A DNA stretch of 64,000 nt, from the IMG/VR virus record IMGVR_UViG_3300020183_004466; one strand, written 5' to 3'. Source of the stretch: an uncultured virus (IMG/VR IMGVR_UViG_3300020183_004466). Its lineage: Duplodnaviria; Heunggongvirae; Uroviricota; Caudoviricetes. This document shows, in pieces, positions 54,860-64,000 of this stretch. How positions within the stretch are numbered: position 1 is the first letter of the stretch; every line of letters begins with the position of its first letter. The notes under the pieces are model-generated. The model did not search any database. It had not been told where the DNA came from and worked only from the letters and a program-made list of their open reading frames with translations. Both the position numbers and the translations under genes were made by a program.

Positions 54860-56086
54860 CTAGGATTCCTGTAATTCTTCTTTAGGCTGTTCTTCGGTAG
54901 TATTTCTATCTATAGCTTTTTTATAGAAATCTAAATTCTTAATAATTCTGTCTTGCTCCCCTTTAGGAATTCTTTCGAATAGGGGAGAATTGATAATAAT
55001 GGTTGTTGTTTTATGAGCTTCCTCAGCATTACCGTTGTAATAAGCTAGAACTGAATACTCATCTGGCATTCTCCATTTCCAAATTTCATCCTCTACGAAA
55101 AGAATATCTGAGCAAGGCCCAGTTTTCATTCCTATAGCGGAAAGAGCAAAAGCTAAAGCATATCTTTTTCTACTTCCGAGGAATTTAATTAGATGATACA
55201 ATGCTTCCAATCTATTTGGCCTATATTCCCAAGCTTTAAGGTAAGCATCAATAACTTCCTCATCAGGGCTTTGCATTGTTTGCTTTTGTCTAGCAATCCA
55301 ATACTTAGAAATATAAATCTCTTCGTTCCATCCCCCAAGATCTACCCTTCTTTGATAAGATTCGATGGATCTTTCGTGCATACCAGCATCTCTATAGCTT
55401 TGTGCCATATAGAAAACATATCTTCTCTCTAGATCAATCGGTAATTCTTCCTTAGGGGTTGTTAAAATTGCTTTTTCAAATATTAAAGCGTCGTTGTAAT
55501 ATTTGTCTTTCCCTTTAATATCTCTATTATGACCAGAAACAGAAGCGTGCATTTCCACTCCATCTAGGAAATCTTCCTCCAGAGTAACCCCCTCAGGACC
55601 AGACATATACTCATGTAAAACACCTACATATTTCCAATCTTGATCTCCTCTTATTAATTGAGATCTATAATAAGCTAAAGATCCTAGTCTAATCTTTATT
55701 TTATAAAAATCCTTAGTGATGTTTAAAAAAGGGTTAACTTCAGGGTTTTCTACCGAAAGAACATCATCAGCATCTATTATCAATCTATAGTCTGCTTTAT
55801 CTTTAGCATATTGTAAACTTTCAGTCCTATTATGACCGAAATCTACCCAAGGTCTTTCGTGTAATTCTCCTGGGATTTCATACTCAGCCATTATCTCTTT
55901 TATGAGATCCTGAGTTCCGTCAGTAGAACCGGTGTCTACAATAATCCAATAACTAATATAATCTTTTACTGAATCTATACATCTTCGAATTACTTGAGAT
56001 TCATTCTTAACTATCATTGTTAAACAGATAGTTGGTTGTTTTTTTTCCTGAACTTCTTCAGCTGATTCTTTTTTAGCTTTAGCCAT
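54860..56086 (-). CDS. GT2 glycosyltransferase with TPR repeats
   Basis: CLTMIVKNE, VDTGSTDGT, DADD, GVLHE, FYMAQSYRD, P.RLEAL. Confidence 0.9.
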   Translation of the reverse strand: MAKAKKESAEEVQEKKQPTICLTMIVKNESQVIRRCIDSVKDYISYWIIVDTGSTDGTQDLIKEIMAEYEIPGELHERPWVDFGHNRTESLQYAKDKADYRLIIDADDVLSVENPEVNPFLNITKDFYKIKIRLGSLAYYRSQLIRGDQDWKYVGVLHEYMSGPEGVTLEEDFLDGVEMHASVSGHNRDIKGKDKYYNDALIFEKAILTTPKEELPIDLERRYVFYMAQSYRDAGMHERSIESYQRRVDLGGWNEEIYISKYWIARQKQTMQSPDEEVIDAYLKAWEYRPNRLEALYHLIKFLGSRKRYALAFALSAIGMKTGPCSDILFVEDEIWKWRMPDEYSVLAYYNGNAEEAHKTTTIIINSPLFERIPKGEQDRIIKNLDFYKKAIDRNTTEEQPKEELQES

Positions 56087-56123
56087 TTTATTAATTTTTA
56101 ATATTTATAGAATAGTTTACTGA

Positions 56124-56783
56124 TTAAATTTCACTTAATTTTTTAAATATTATAGATGATATCTCATCCAGATCTTTATTTGCAGATATCTCTAGGAAAT
56201 CCGTTCCATTTCTCATAGATTCTATCATAGGAAGTGTTTGCTCTTTATACTCCTCCATTCTTTTATTGAAAGCTTTCTCATTTTTATCGTCAGATCTACC
56301 AGAAGATTTTCCTCTTTCAGTTATTCTTTTCTTTAATAGTGACTCAGGAGCATTCAAGAAAAAAACATAAACTAATTTAAGCTTATTCACACTGCATATC
56401 TCATTAAAAATATCTTTTTGAGCTAAGTTTCTAGGATATCCATCAAATATAAATCCTCTTGGGTCGTGGTGTTTTGAGTATTCCTTTAGATAGGAGATTA
56501 ATTCCTTTCCTACTAAATCATCAGGGAGGAGTTCCCCGCTCTTCATCATTTTTTTAATGTCTTTATCATCGGATCCTCTCAATATATCTCCTGTAGAAAT
56601 GTGTTTCCATCTCATACCTTTAGATATTATTTTAGCCTGTGTACCCTTTCCACATCCAGGAGGACCTGCTAAAATTATACAAGGTATTTCTTCGAGATTT
56701 TCTTTACCATCTATATCTCCAAATTCTTTTACAAATTCTTTGAAGTTGTTTATTTTTTTAGGATTATTCTTTTTACTTTCCAT
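56124..56783 (-). CDS. adk: adenylate kinase (short-LID type) with N-terminal extension
   Basis: GPPGCGKGTQ, HISTGDILR, FDGYPR, GRSDD; likely start ATG 56783 avoiding overlap with nrdA. Confidence 0.9.
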   Translation of the reverse strand: MESKKNNPKKINNFKEFVKEFGDIDGKENLEEIPCIILAGPPGCGKGTQAKIISKGMRWKHISTGDILRGSDDKDIKKMMKSGELLPDDLVGKELISYLKEYSKHHDPRGFIFDGYPRNLAQKDIFNEICSVNKLKLVYVFFLNAPESLLKKRITERGKSSGRSDDKNEKAFNKRMEEYKEQTLPMIESMRNGTDFLEISANKDLDEISSIIFKKLSEI

Positions 56784-56790
56784 ACAATAT

Positions 56791-59157
56791 TTATGATCCG
56801 CAAGCTTCACAATCTTCTGGGTTATCAATACTACAAACTAAATCGCTATAGTTGTCATCCTCCGATTTTATATCTTCCGATTTATTAGTATCTATTCCTA
56901 ATCCTTTAATTGCAGTTGTTGCTGCTTTAGTTCTGATGTAGTAGCTTCCAGTTTTTAATCCCTTCCCCCATCCATAGAAATGAGCTGAAGATAGCTTAGC
57001 AAAGTTTGCATCCTGAACAAATAGATTCATACTTTGGCTTTGGCAAATGAAAGGGGATCTTGCAGCAGCATGATCTATTATAACCTTCTGGCTCATCTCC
57101 CAGGCTGTTTTATAGATAGCTTTAAGATCTTCTGGTATCTCGTTTATATCCTGTACCGATCCATTATTAATAATGATCTTGTCTCTAAGAGATTCACCCC
57201 ATAATCCAAGTTTAACTAAATCCTTAACAAGATGCTTGTTAACTACAGGAAATTCTCCAGATAATGTTTTTCTAATGTAAATATTGGATGTAAAGGGTTC
57301 AAAACATTCGTTGTTACCTAGAATCTGACTAGTTGAAGCAGTAGGCATAGGGGCAAGCAATAAAGAATTCCTAGCTCCGTGTGTTTTTACTCTTTCTCTT
57401 AAAGCTTCCCAATCCCATTTAGTTCCTGGCGATTCATTCCATAAATCAAATTGGAATATGCCTTTAGATAATGGAGATCCTTTAAATGATTGATAAGCTC
57501 CCTCTTTTTCTGCAAGATCAACTGAAGCGCACATAGCTCCGTAATATATTGCTTCAAAAATTTCTCTATCTAATTGTTTAGCCTCTTCAGACTCAAATGG
57601 GATCTTTAAGATAGCAAAAGTGTCAGCTAATCCTTGTACACCTATACCAATCGGTCTATGTTTAAGATTAGATGTTTTAGTTTCTTTAGTAGGATAGTAG
57701 TTAACATCAATTACCCTATTAAGATTAACAGTAGCTGTGTAAGCGATGTCCTTTAGAGCATTAAAGTCATACTTAGGTTTCTTACCTGGGATAATGAATT
57801 TAGGTAGTGCGATAGAAGCTAGATTACATACTGCAGTTTCTTTCGAATCAGAATATTCAATAATCTCAGTACAAAGATTCGATGATTTAATAGTACCAAG
57901 ATTCTTCTGGTTAGATTTAATATTTGCTGAATCCTTATAAAGAATATAAGGCGTTCCTGTTTCAATCTGTGCCTCTATAATTTTATACCAAAGATCTTGT
58001 GCTTTTACTGTTTTTCTTCCTCTTCCCTCAGATTCATATTTAGTGTAGAGCTTATTGAAATCTTCTCCGTAAGCATCATCTAGGCCAGGAGCTTCGTCTG
58101 GAGAAAATAAAGTCCAATCCCCATTTTCTTTTACCCTTTCCATAAATAAATTAGGAGTCCATAAAGCCAAGAAAAGATCTCTAGCTCTCATTTCTTCCTT
58201 TCCGTGATTCTTTCTAAGGTTTAAAAAATCCTCCACGTCACAATGCCAAGGCTCTAAGTAAATAGCAAAAGATCCTTTTCTTCTACCCCCTCCTTGATCT
58301 ACGTATCTAGCAGTTTCATTGAATACCTTTAGCATTGGAATAATTCCATTAGAAGTTCCATTGGTACCTTTAATATAAGCTCCGGTACCTCTTACATTGT
58401 GAATATGTAATCCTATACCTCCAGCATTTTTAGAAATTTGAGCTACGTCAGATAATGTTTTATAAATTCCTTGAATTGAATCGGCGTCCATAGAAACTAA
58501 GAAACAAGAAGAAAGCTGTGGTCTTCTAGTTCCGGAATTAAATAGGGTAGGAGTAGCATGTGTGAAATAACCCTGACTCATTAAGTCATAAGTTTTGTAA
58601 GCAGATGCTAAGTCATTCTTATGAATTCCTATAGCAACTCTCATTAACATCTGCTGTGGTCTTTCTGCTGGTTGCCCGTCAATCTTTAATAGATAAGATT
58701 TCTCTAATGTTTTAAATCCAAAGTAATCATATTCTAGATCCCTATCAGTGATTATCTGAGAATCTATATCTTTAGAATTGTTCATGATAATTTCATAAAC
58801 GTCATCAGCTATCATAGGAGCTTTTAAACCTGTTCTAGGATCTACATAATTATATAGCTGATCTATTACGTGAGAAAAGCTTTTAGGTGTTCTTTTATGT
58901 AAAGATGTAACACATATTCTAGCAGCTAAAATAGAATAGTCAGGATGTGTAGGGGTTAAAGCAGCTGCTGTTTCTGCTGCTAATGTATCTAGTTCAATAG
59001 AAGTAATTCCATCATAAAGACCGTGGATAACTTTTTTTGCTATTTCCATAGGCTCTATATAATCCATATTTAACCCATAACACTGCTTCTTAACTCTATT
59101 AAGAATCTTATCCAATTTCACTCTTTCTCTAGAGCCATCTCTTTTTATTACTTCCAT
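56791..59157 (-). CDS. nrdA: class Ia ribonucleotide reductase alpha subunit
   Basis: ATP cone VIKRDG, TPTLFN, SSCF, SNLCTE, CNLAS, KTGSYY, C-terminal CxxC. Confidence 0.97.
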   Translation of the reverse strand: MEVIKRDGSRERVKLDKILNRVKKQCYGLNMDYIEPMEIAKKVIHGLYDGITSIELDTLAAETAAALTPTHPDYSILAARICVTSLHKRTPKSFSHVIDQLYNYVDPRTGLKAPMIADDVYEIIMNNSKDIDSQIITDRDLEYDYFGFKTLEKSYLLKIDGQPAERPQQMLMRVAIGIHKNDLASAYKTYDLMSQGYFTHATPTLFNSGTRRPQLSSCFLVSMDADSIQGIYKTLSDVAQISKNAGGIGLHIHNVRGTGAYIKGTNGTSNGIIPMLKVFNETARYVDQGGGRRKGSFAIYLEPWHCDVEDFLNLRKNHGKEEMRARDLFLALWTPNLFMERVKENGDWTLFSPDEAPGLDDAYGEDFNKLYTKYESEGRGRKTVKAQDLWYKIIEAQIETGTPYILYKDSANIKSNQKNLGTIKSSNLCTEIIEYSDSKETAVCNLASIALPKFIIPGKKPKYDFNALKDIAYTATVNLNRVIDVNYYPTKETKTSNLKHRPIGIGVQGLADTFAILKIPFESEEAKQLDREIFEAIYYGAMCASVDLAEKEGAYQSFKGSPLSKGIFQFDLWNESPGTKWDWEALRERVKTHGARNSLLLAPMPTASTSQILGNNECFEPFTSNIYIRKTLSGEFPVVNKHLVKDLVKLGLWGESLRDKIIINNGSVQDINEIPEDLKAIYKTAWEMSQKVIIDHAAARSPFICQSQSMNLFVQDANFAKLSSAHFYGWGKGLKTGSYYIRTKAATTAIKGLGIDTNKSEDIKSEDDNYSDLVCSIDNPEDCEACGS

Positions 59158-59245
59158 TTTACTATTTTATTTTTTTATTTTTTAGCCGACAATTAGTTTC
59201 AATCATTTGATTGATTAATTAGATTTCATTAAATTTTTATTGTTG

Positions 59246-59452
59246 TTATGGTCTAAGATATCCTAAACTTGACATAGCGGAGTCTATCTTCATAACATCT
59301 GAATCGATAATTGGGTTATCTGAAGTGATTAAAATTCCGGAGTCCTGTTCAGTAACAGAAAATGGATTATAACCAAGGTAGTAATTAATTCTTTCCGAAA
59401 CTGTATTGGAATCTGAAGAATGTATTGATGCAATATAATAAAGACTATTCAT
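59246..59452 (-). CDS. hypothetical protein
   Basis: ORF after collagen-like gene; TATAAATA upstream. Confidence 0.65.
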   Translation of the reverse strand: MNSLYYIASIHSSDSNTVSERINYYLGYNPFSVTEQDSGILITSDNPIIDSDVMKIDSAMSSLGYLRP

Positions 59453-59476
59453 ACTTATTTATTTATAATTTTGTAA

Positions 59477-60793
<1,317 letters not shown>

Positions 60794-60838
60794 TTATTAT
60801 ATCTCTTATATATATTCAACCGGGGATCTATTACTAAA

Positions 60839-61819
60839 TTAAAAGTCTGCATCCATAGTAAATGCCTTACCTGAATCTTTATTGTCTTTGGTACTATCCA
60901 TAACACCAGATTTTTGATAAGAACCAACTCTTCCTTCAAAGAAATTTCCTTTATTTTCTAGAGCTATATTAACCATAAAATCAAATGGGCACTTAGTGTT
61001 ATAGATCTTAGAGCATCCCAACGAAACTAATAACCTATCAGCAACAAATTCTATGTATTCACACATAAGATCAGAATTCATACCTATAAGTCTTACGGGG
61101 AGTGAAGATGTAACAAACTCTTTTTCTATCTCTACAGCTTCACTAATTATCTCCACCACTGTTTCCTCTGAAAGTTTATTTTCGATGTGGCTAGTGTAAA
61201 GTAAACAAGCAAAATCGCAGTGTAAGCCCTCGTCTCTAGATATCAATTCATTGGCAAAGCATAGACCCGGCATCAGTCCTCTTTTCTTTAACCAGAAGAT
61301 TGAACAAAATGATCCAGAAAAGAAAACACCTTCGACAGCTGCAAAAGCTATTAGGGTTTCAACAAAAGAACCGTTTTCGATCCATTTCATAGCCCAGTCA
61401 GCTTTTCTTTTAACGGAAGGAACGGTATCGATAGCATTAAACAAATGTTCCTTTTCCTCCTCATCATTTATATAGGAGTCAATTAGGAGAGAATAAGTTT
61501 CTCCGTGGATATTTTCTATAGCTAATTGAAATCCATAGAAACATCTTGCTTCTGGATACTGAACCTGATTAAAGAAGTTAGCTGCTAAATTTTCATTAAC
61601 AATTCCATCAGAGTTATTAAAGAAAGCTATTACGTGCTTAATAAAATATCTCTCGTTGTCATTTAATTTGTCTCTCCAGTGAGATATGTCTTGTGCTAAA
61701 TCTATTTCCTCTGCTGTCCAAAAAGATGCTTCTGCTGTTTTGTACATTTTCCACAGATCGTGTTGTTGAACTGGGAATAGTGAGAATCTTTTCGGGTTGG
61801 GCGTTAATAATTTTTCCAT
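60839..61819 (-). CDS. nrdB: class Ia ribonucleotide reductase beta subunit
   Basis: [35 protein letters not shown]. Confidence 0.97.
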   Translation of the reverse strand: MEKLLTPNPKRFSLFPVQQHDLWKMYKTAEASFWTAEEIDLAQDISHWRDKLNDNERYFIKHVIAFFNNSDGIVNENLAANFFNQVQYPEARCFYGFQLAIENIHGETYSLLIDSYINDEEEKEHLFNAIDTVPSVKRKADWAMKWIENGSFVETLIAFAAVEGVFFSGSFCSIFWLKKRGLMPGLCFANELISRDEGLHCDFACLLYTSHIENKLSEETVVEIISEAVEIEKEFVTSSLPVRLIGMNSDLMCEYIEFVADRLLVSLGCSKIYNTKCPFDFMVNIALENKGNFFEGRVGSYQKSGVMDSTKDNKDSGKAFTMDADF

Positions 61820-61839
61820 GAATTGTTTTATTTTATATA

Positions 61840-62304
61840 TTAGTATCCTCTCTCTTGTCTGTTGTGATTTTCTGAATTTTTTGACATATAAAGATTAACA
61901 ATATCCTTACTTGTCATCCCTATAGAAATAGCAAAATTCATAAAGAAATGTAATCCATCGATCCACTCATAGAATAGCTCTAACTTATCTGCTTCACTAA
62001 GATCAGATATCTTCATTTCAGTTGTTTTCTTGTTATCCCCCTTCCAATATTTCCAACCTGCAGATCCAATACCATCATTGATTCCTCCTAGTGCATCAAA
62101 CATCTCGTTGAGTTCATCCCCAAGAGCATGTTTGTTAACCATCCAAAAATCTGCTATCTGTTTAATAGACCAATCTTTAAAATCGAACCCGTATCTTTCC
62201 TGAAGTTCTTTTTGTTTGTTGTAAATTAATCCTAAAGTGTCTTCCGACCCTGTGTAAAAATCCTCCACGGGAAGATCTGCGCATTTGTTATCCGTATTCG
62301 CCAT
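61840..62304 (-). CDS. dimeric dUTPase / T4 gp56-like dCTP pyrophosphatase
   Basis: [27 protein letters not shown]. Confidence 0.8.
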   Translation of the reverse strand: MANTDNKCADLPVEDFYTGSEDTLGLIYNKQKELQERYGFDFKDWSIKQIADFWMVNKHALGDELNEMFDALGGINDGIGSAGWKYWKGDNKKTTEMKISDLSEADKLELFYEWIDGLHFFMNFAISIGMTSKDIVNLYMSKNSENHNRQERGY

Positions 62305-62343
62305 AATTTATTTTAATTTTATTCTTTTATTAATTCTTTGTAT

Positions 62344-62580
62344 TTATAATCCTTCATAGAGTGAAATTAAAGAATCTAATTTATCTTTAGCATTTGTGTA
62401 AGATTCTATCCATCTGTCATGCTCTGCCAATAAGTCAGAGTGCTCGCCTATAGCGGCTAAATTGGAATTTGAAAAATATAAAGCTAAATTAGCCTTAGCT
62501 TCCTCCATCTGGTATTCATACTTCTTTTTCAAAGCGATCACATAGTTTTGTCCGTGATTTTGCATTAATGTTATTTTCAT
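62344..62580 (-). CDS. hypothetical coiled-coil protein
   Basis: A.ANL.LYF....AIGEHSD. Confidence 0.75.
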   Translation of the reverse strand: MKITLMQNHGQNYVIALKKKYEYQMEEAKANLALYFSNSNLAAIGEHSDLLAEHDRWIESYTNAKDKLDSLISLYEGL

Positions 62581-62590
62581 ATTGTATTTT

Positions 62591-63997
62591 TTATTGTTTT
62601 GATTTTATTGCTTTTTTAATTTTTTCTATTTCTTTCTCACATTCGAAATATTTCTTCTTAGTAGCTTTTCTCTGTGAATAAAGGCCTTTTAATATTTCTC
62701 TAAGTATTGGTTCTTGGCCATCCTTATTGTAGAATACAGCACCGGAAGATGTTTTGATTGCGCCCTCTGGTATTTCTTTTAAGTTCTTGCCTATGTAAGC
62801 TTCCGGTGAAATCCCCCACTGCACCATAGTATTAGGATACAGGGAAGCAAAGTCAAAACAAGCTATCCATTCATATAATCCTTTTTCGGGCTTCTTTACA
62901 TAAGCCCCCTCGAATTTTACATGGGATTCTCCTTTTCTTTCGTTTACTATAACTTTATTCCTTTCTAAAAATTTTCTAAGCATTAGAACCTCTGTAGTCC
63001 AAACAGGAGACAGTGCCCTATTAATTTCCACCCTACTAACTTCTGCAATTTTAAAGAACGTCGATAATGTATCCAATCTTTTATCTATGTAATGAACTAA
63101 AGCGCAGTCAACTGCGTTATAGAAGATAAAGGTTTCGAAATCAGACTCGTATAGATCCTTCAATGTCCCATTGTAAGAAATCTTTTTTATTCCTATTGCT
63201 TGGTTAGCTACGTAGTCCAAAGAATTAGATTCCCGTATTTTTATAACTCTATCCCACTTCTTATAAATGTCCAGGTAATCCACCATAAGAATGTGCATAG
63301 GTATTTGATTCTGTCCTAGAAGAATTCCTGACGGAGAAGCTATCTTAGGATCAATTCCTAATCTTTTTGCCCTGTTGATAAGATAAGGCCAGTCATATCC
63401 AAACCAGTTCCATCCGGTTATTAAAGGCATCTTGGGAACTAGCTTAGAAAGGAAAGTGTATATCATATCAAACTCAGTGTCAAACCTCCTATAATTAAAA
63501 GTCCATTCGCCCTGTTGATCTTTGAAATGCTCTTTTATTCTTTTCTCGATTTTTAATATTCGTTCCTGTGGCATATCCTCAAGTCCAATAACAAGAATTT
63601 TTCCTTGGGATGAAGCCATACCAATAGACAATACCCTGTTTTTAGAGTTCTCTGTGTCTAAAGAATCCGCTCTGTTATCTGTTATTTCAACCTCAATATC
63701 TACAAAATATTTCTTAGGTGTTTGATAATCCCAGAGAGGCTTAGTTATATTAGGATCAATCGCCTCTAATATTTCAACAACCCTATATTTGTCAAATTTG
63801 CTGGAGGGAACTTTTTTAACCGGACAATTATCCCAGGATCTCCATTCTTTATCTTTGTTTCTGTCATTCTCTGATGTCTTTTGCCAAACAAATTGTAGAT
63901 GCTTAGGTACCGGGATTTTTAATAAATTAACTTCTCCTTCTTCTGTGTAATGAGAAACGGATAATCCATTTCCTATGTTCTCAATATCTATGATCAT
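62591..63997 (-). CDS. polB: family B DNA polymerase, N-terminal subunit (exonuclease plus motif A; gp43A-like)
   Basis: ExoI DIE, ExoII GWN..YD.PY, ExoIII YN.VD, GAYV, motif A DFASLYP; stops within fingers helix. Confidence 0.9.
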   Translation of the reverse strand: MIIDIENIGNGLSVSHYTEEGEVNLLKIPVPKHLQFVWQKTSENDRNKDKEWRSWDNCPVKKVPSSKFDKYRVVEILEAIDPNITKPLWDYQTPKKYFVDIEVEITDNRADSLDTENSKNRVLSIGMASSQGKILVIGLEDMPQERILKIEKRIKEHFKDQQGEWTFNYRRFDTEFDMIYTFLSKLVPKMPLITGWNWFGYDWPYLINRAKRLGIDPKIASPSGILLGQNQIPMHILMVDYLDIYKKWDRVIKIRESNSLDYVANQAIGIKKISYNGTLKDLYESDFETFIFYNAVDCALVHYIDKRLDTLSTFFKIAEVSRVEINRALSPVWTTEVLMLRKFLERNKVIVNERKGESHVKFEGAYVKKPEKGLYEWIACFDFASLYPNTMVQWGISPEAYIGKNLKEIPEGAIKTSSGAVFYNKDGQEPILREILKGLYSQRKATKKKYFECEKEIEKIKKAIKSKQ

Positions 63998-64000
63998 ATC

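Overview
AT-rich, gene-dense 64 kb segment of a large T4-like/jumbo dsDNA phage genome. The host is very probably a Bacteroidota bacterium, judged from TAnnTTTG host-type promoters, a T9SS-sorted protein and A-rich leaders without Shine-Dalgarno sites. The left ~12 kb holds two divergently transcribed arrays of paralogous 22-aa LRR-like genes around a ~1 kb non-coding region where strand skew flips (candidate origin). The middle holds accessory genes, an RNA ligase, a probable holin and SLT, and large putative head/ejection proteins. The right holds a MoxR-metallopeptidase-VWA module, a family B DNA polymerase split over two genes 17.6 kb apart, a clamp-like gene, two type II topoisomerase subunits, DnaJ, UvsE, Adk, NrdA/NrdB and a dUTPase/dCTPase. 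Three promoter-like motifs can be read from the sequence. The most notable patterns are (i) a C-terminal KG.SML.RFG.F tag shared by unrelated proteins, (ii) hypervariable LRR cassettes bounded by 37-bp promoter repeats, (iii) a T4 CTS-like N-terminal tag on about 18 proteins including enzymes, and (iv) two candidate sRNAs. All product calls come from motif recognition by eye; no searches were run.
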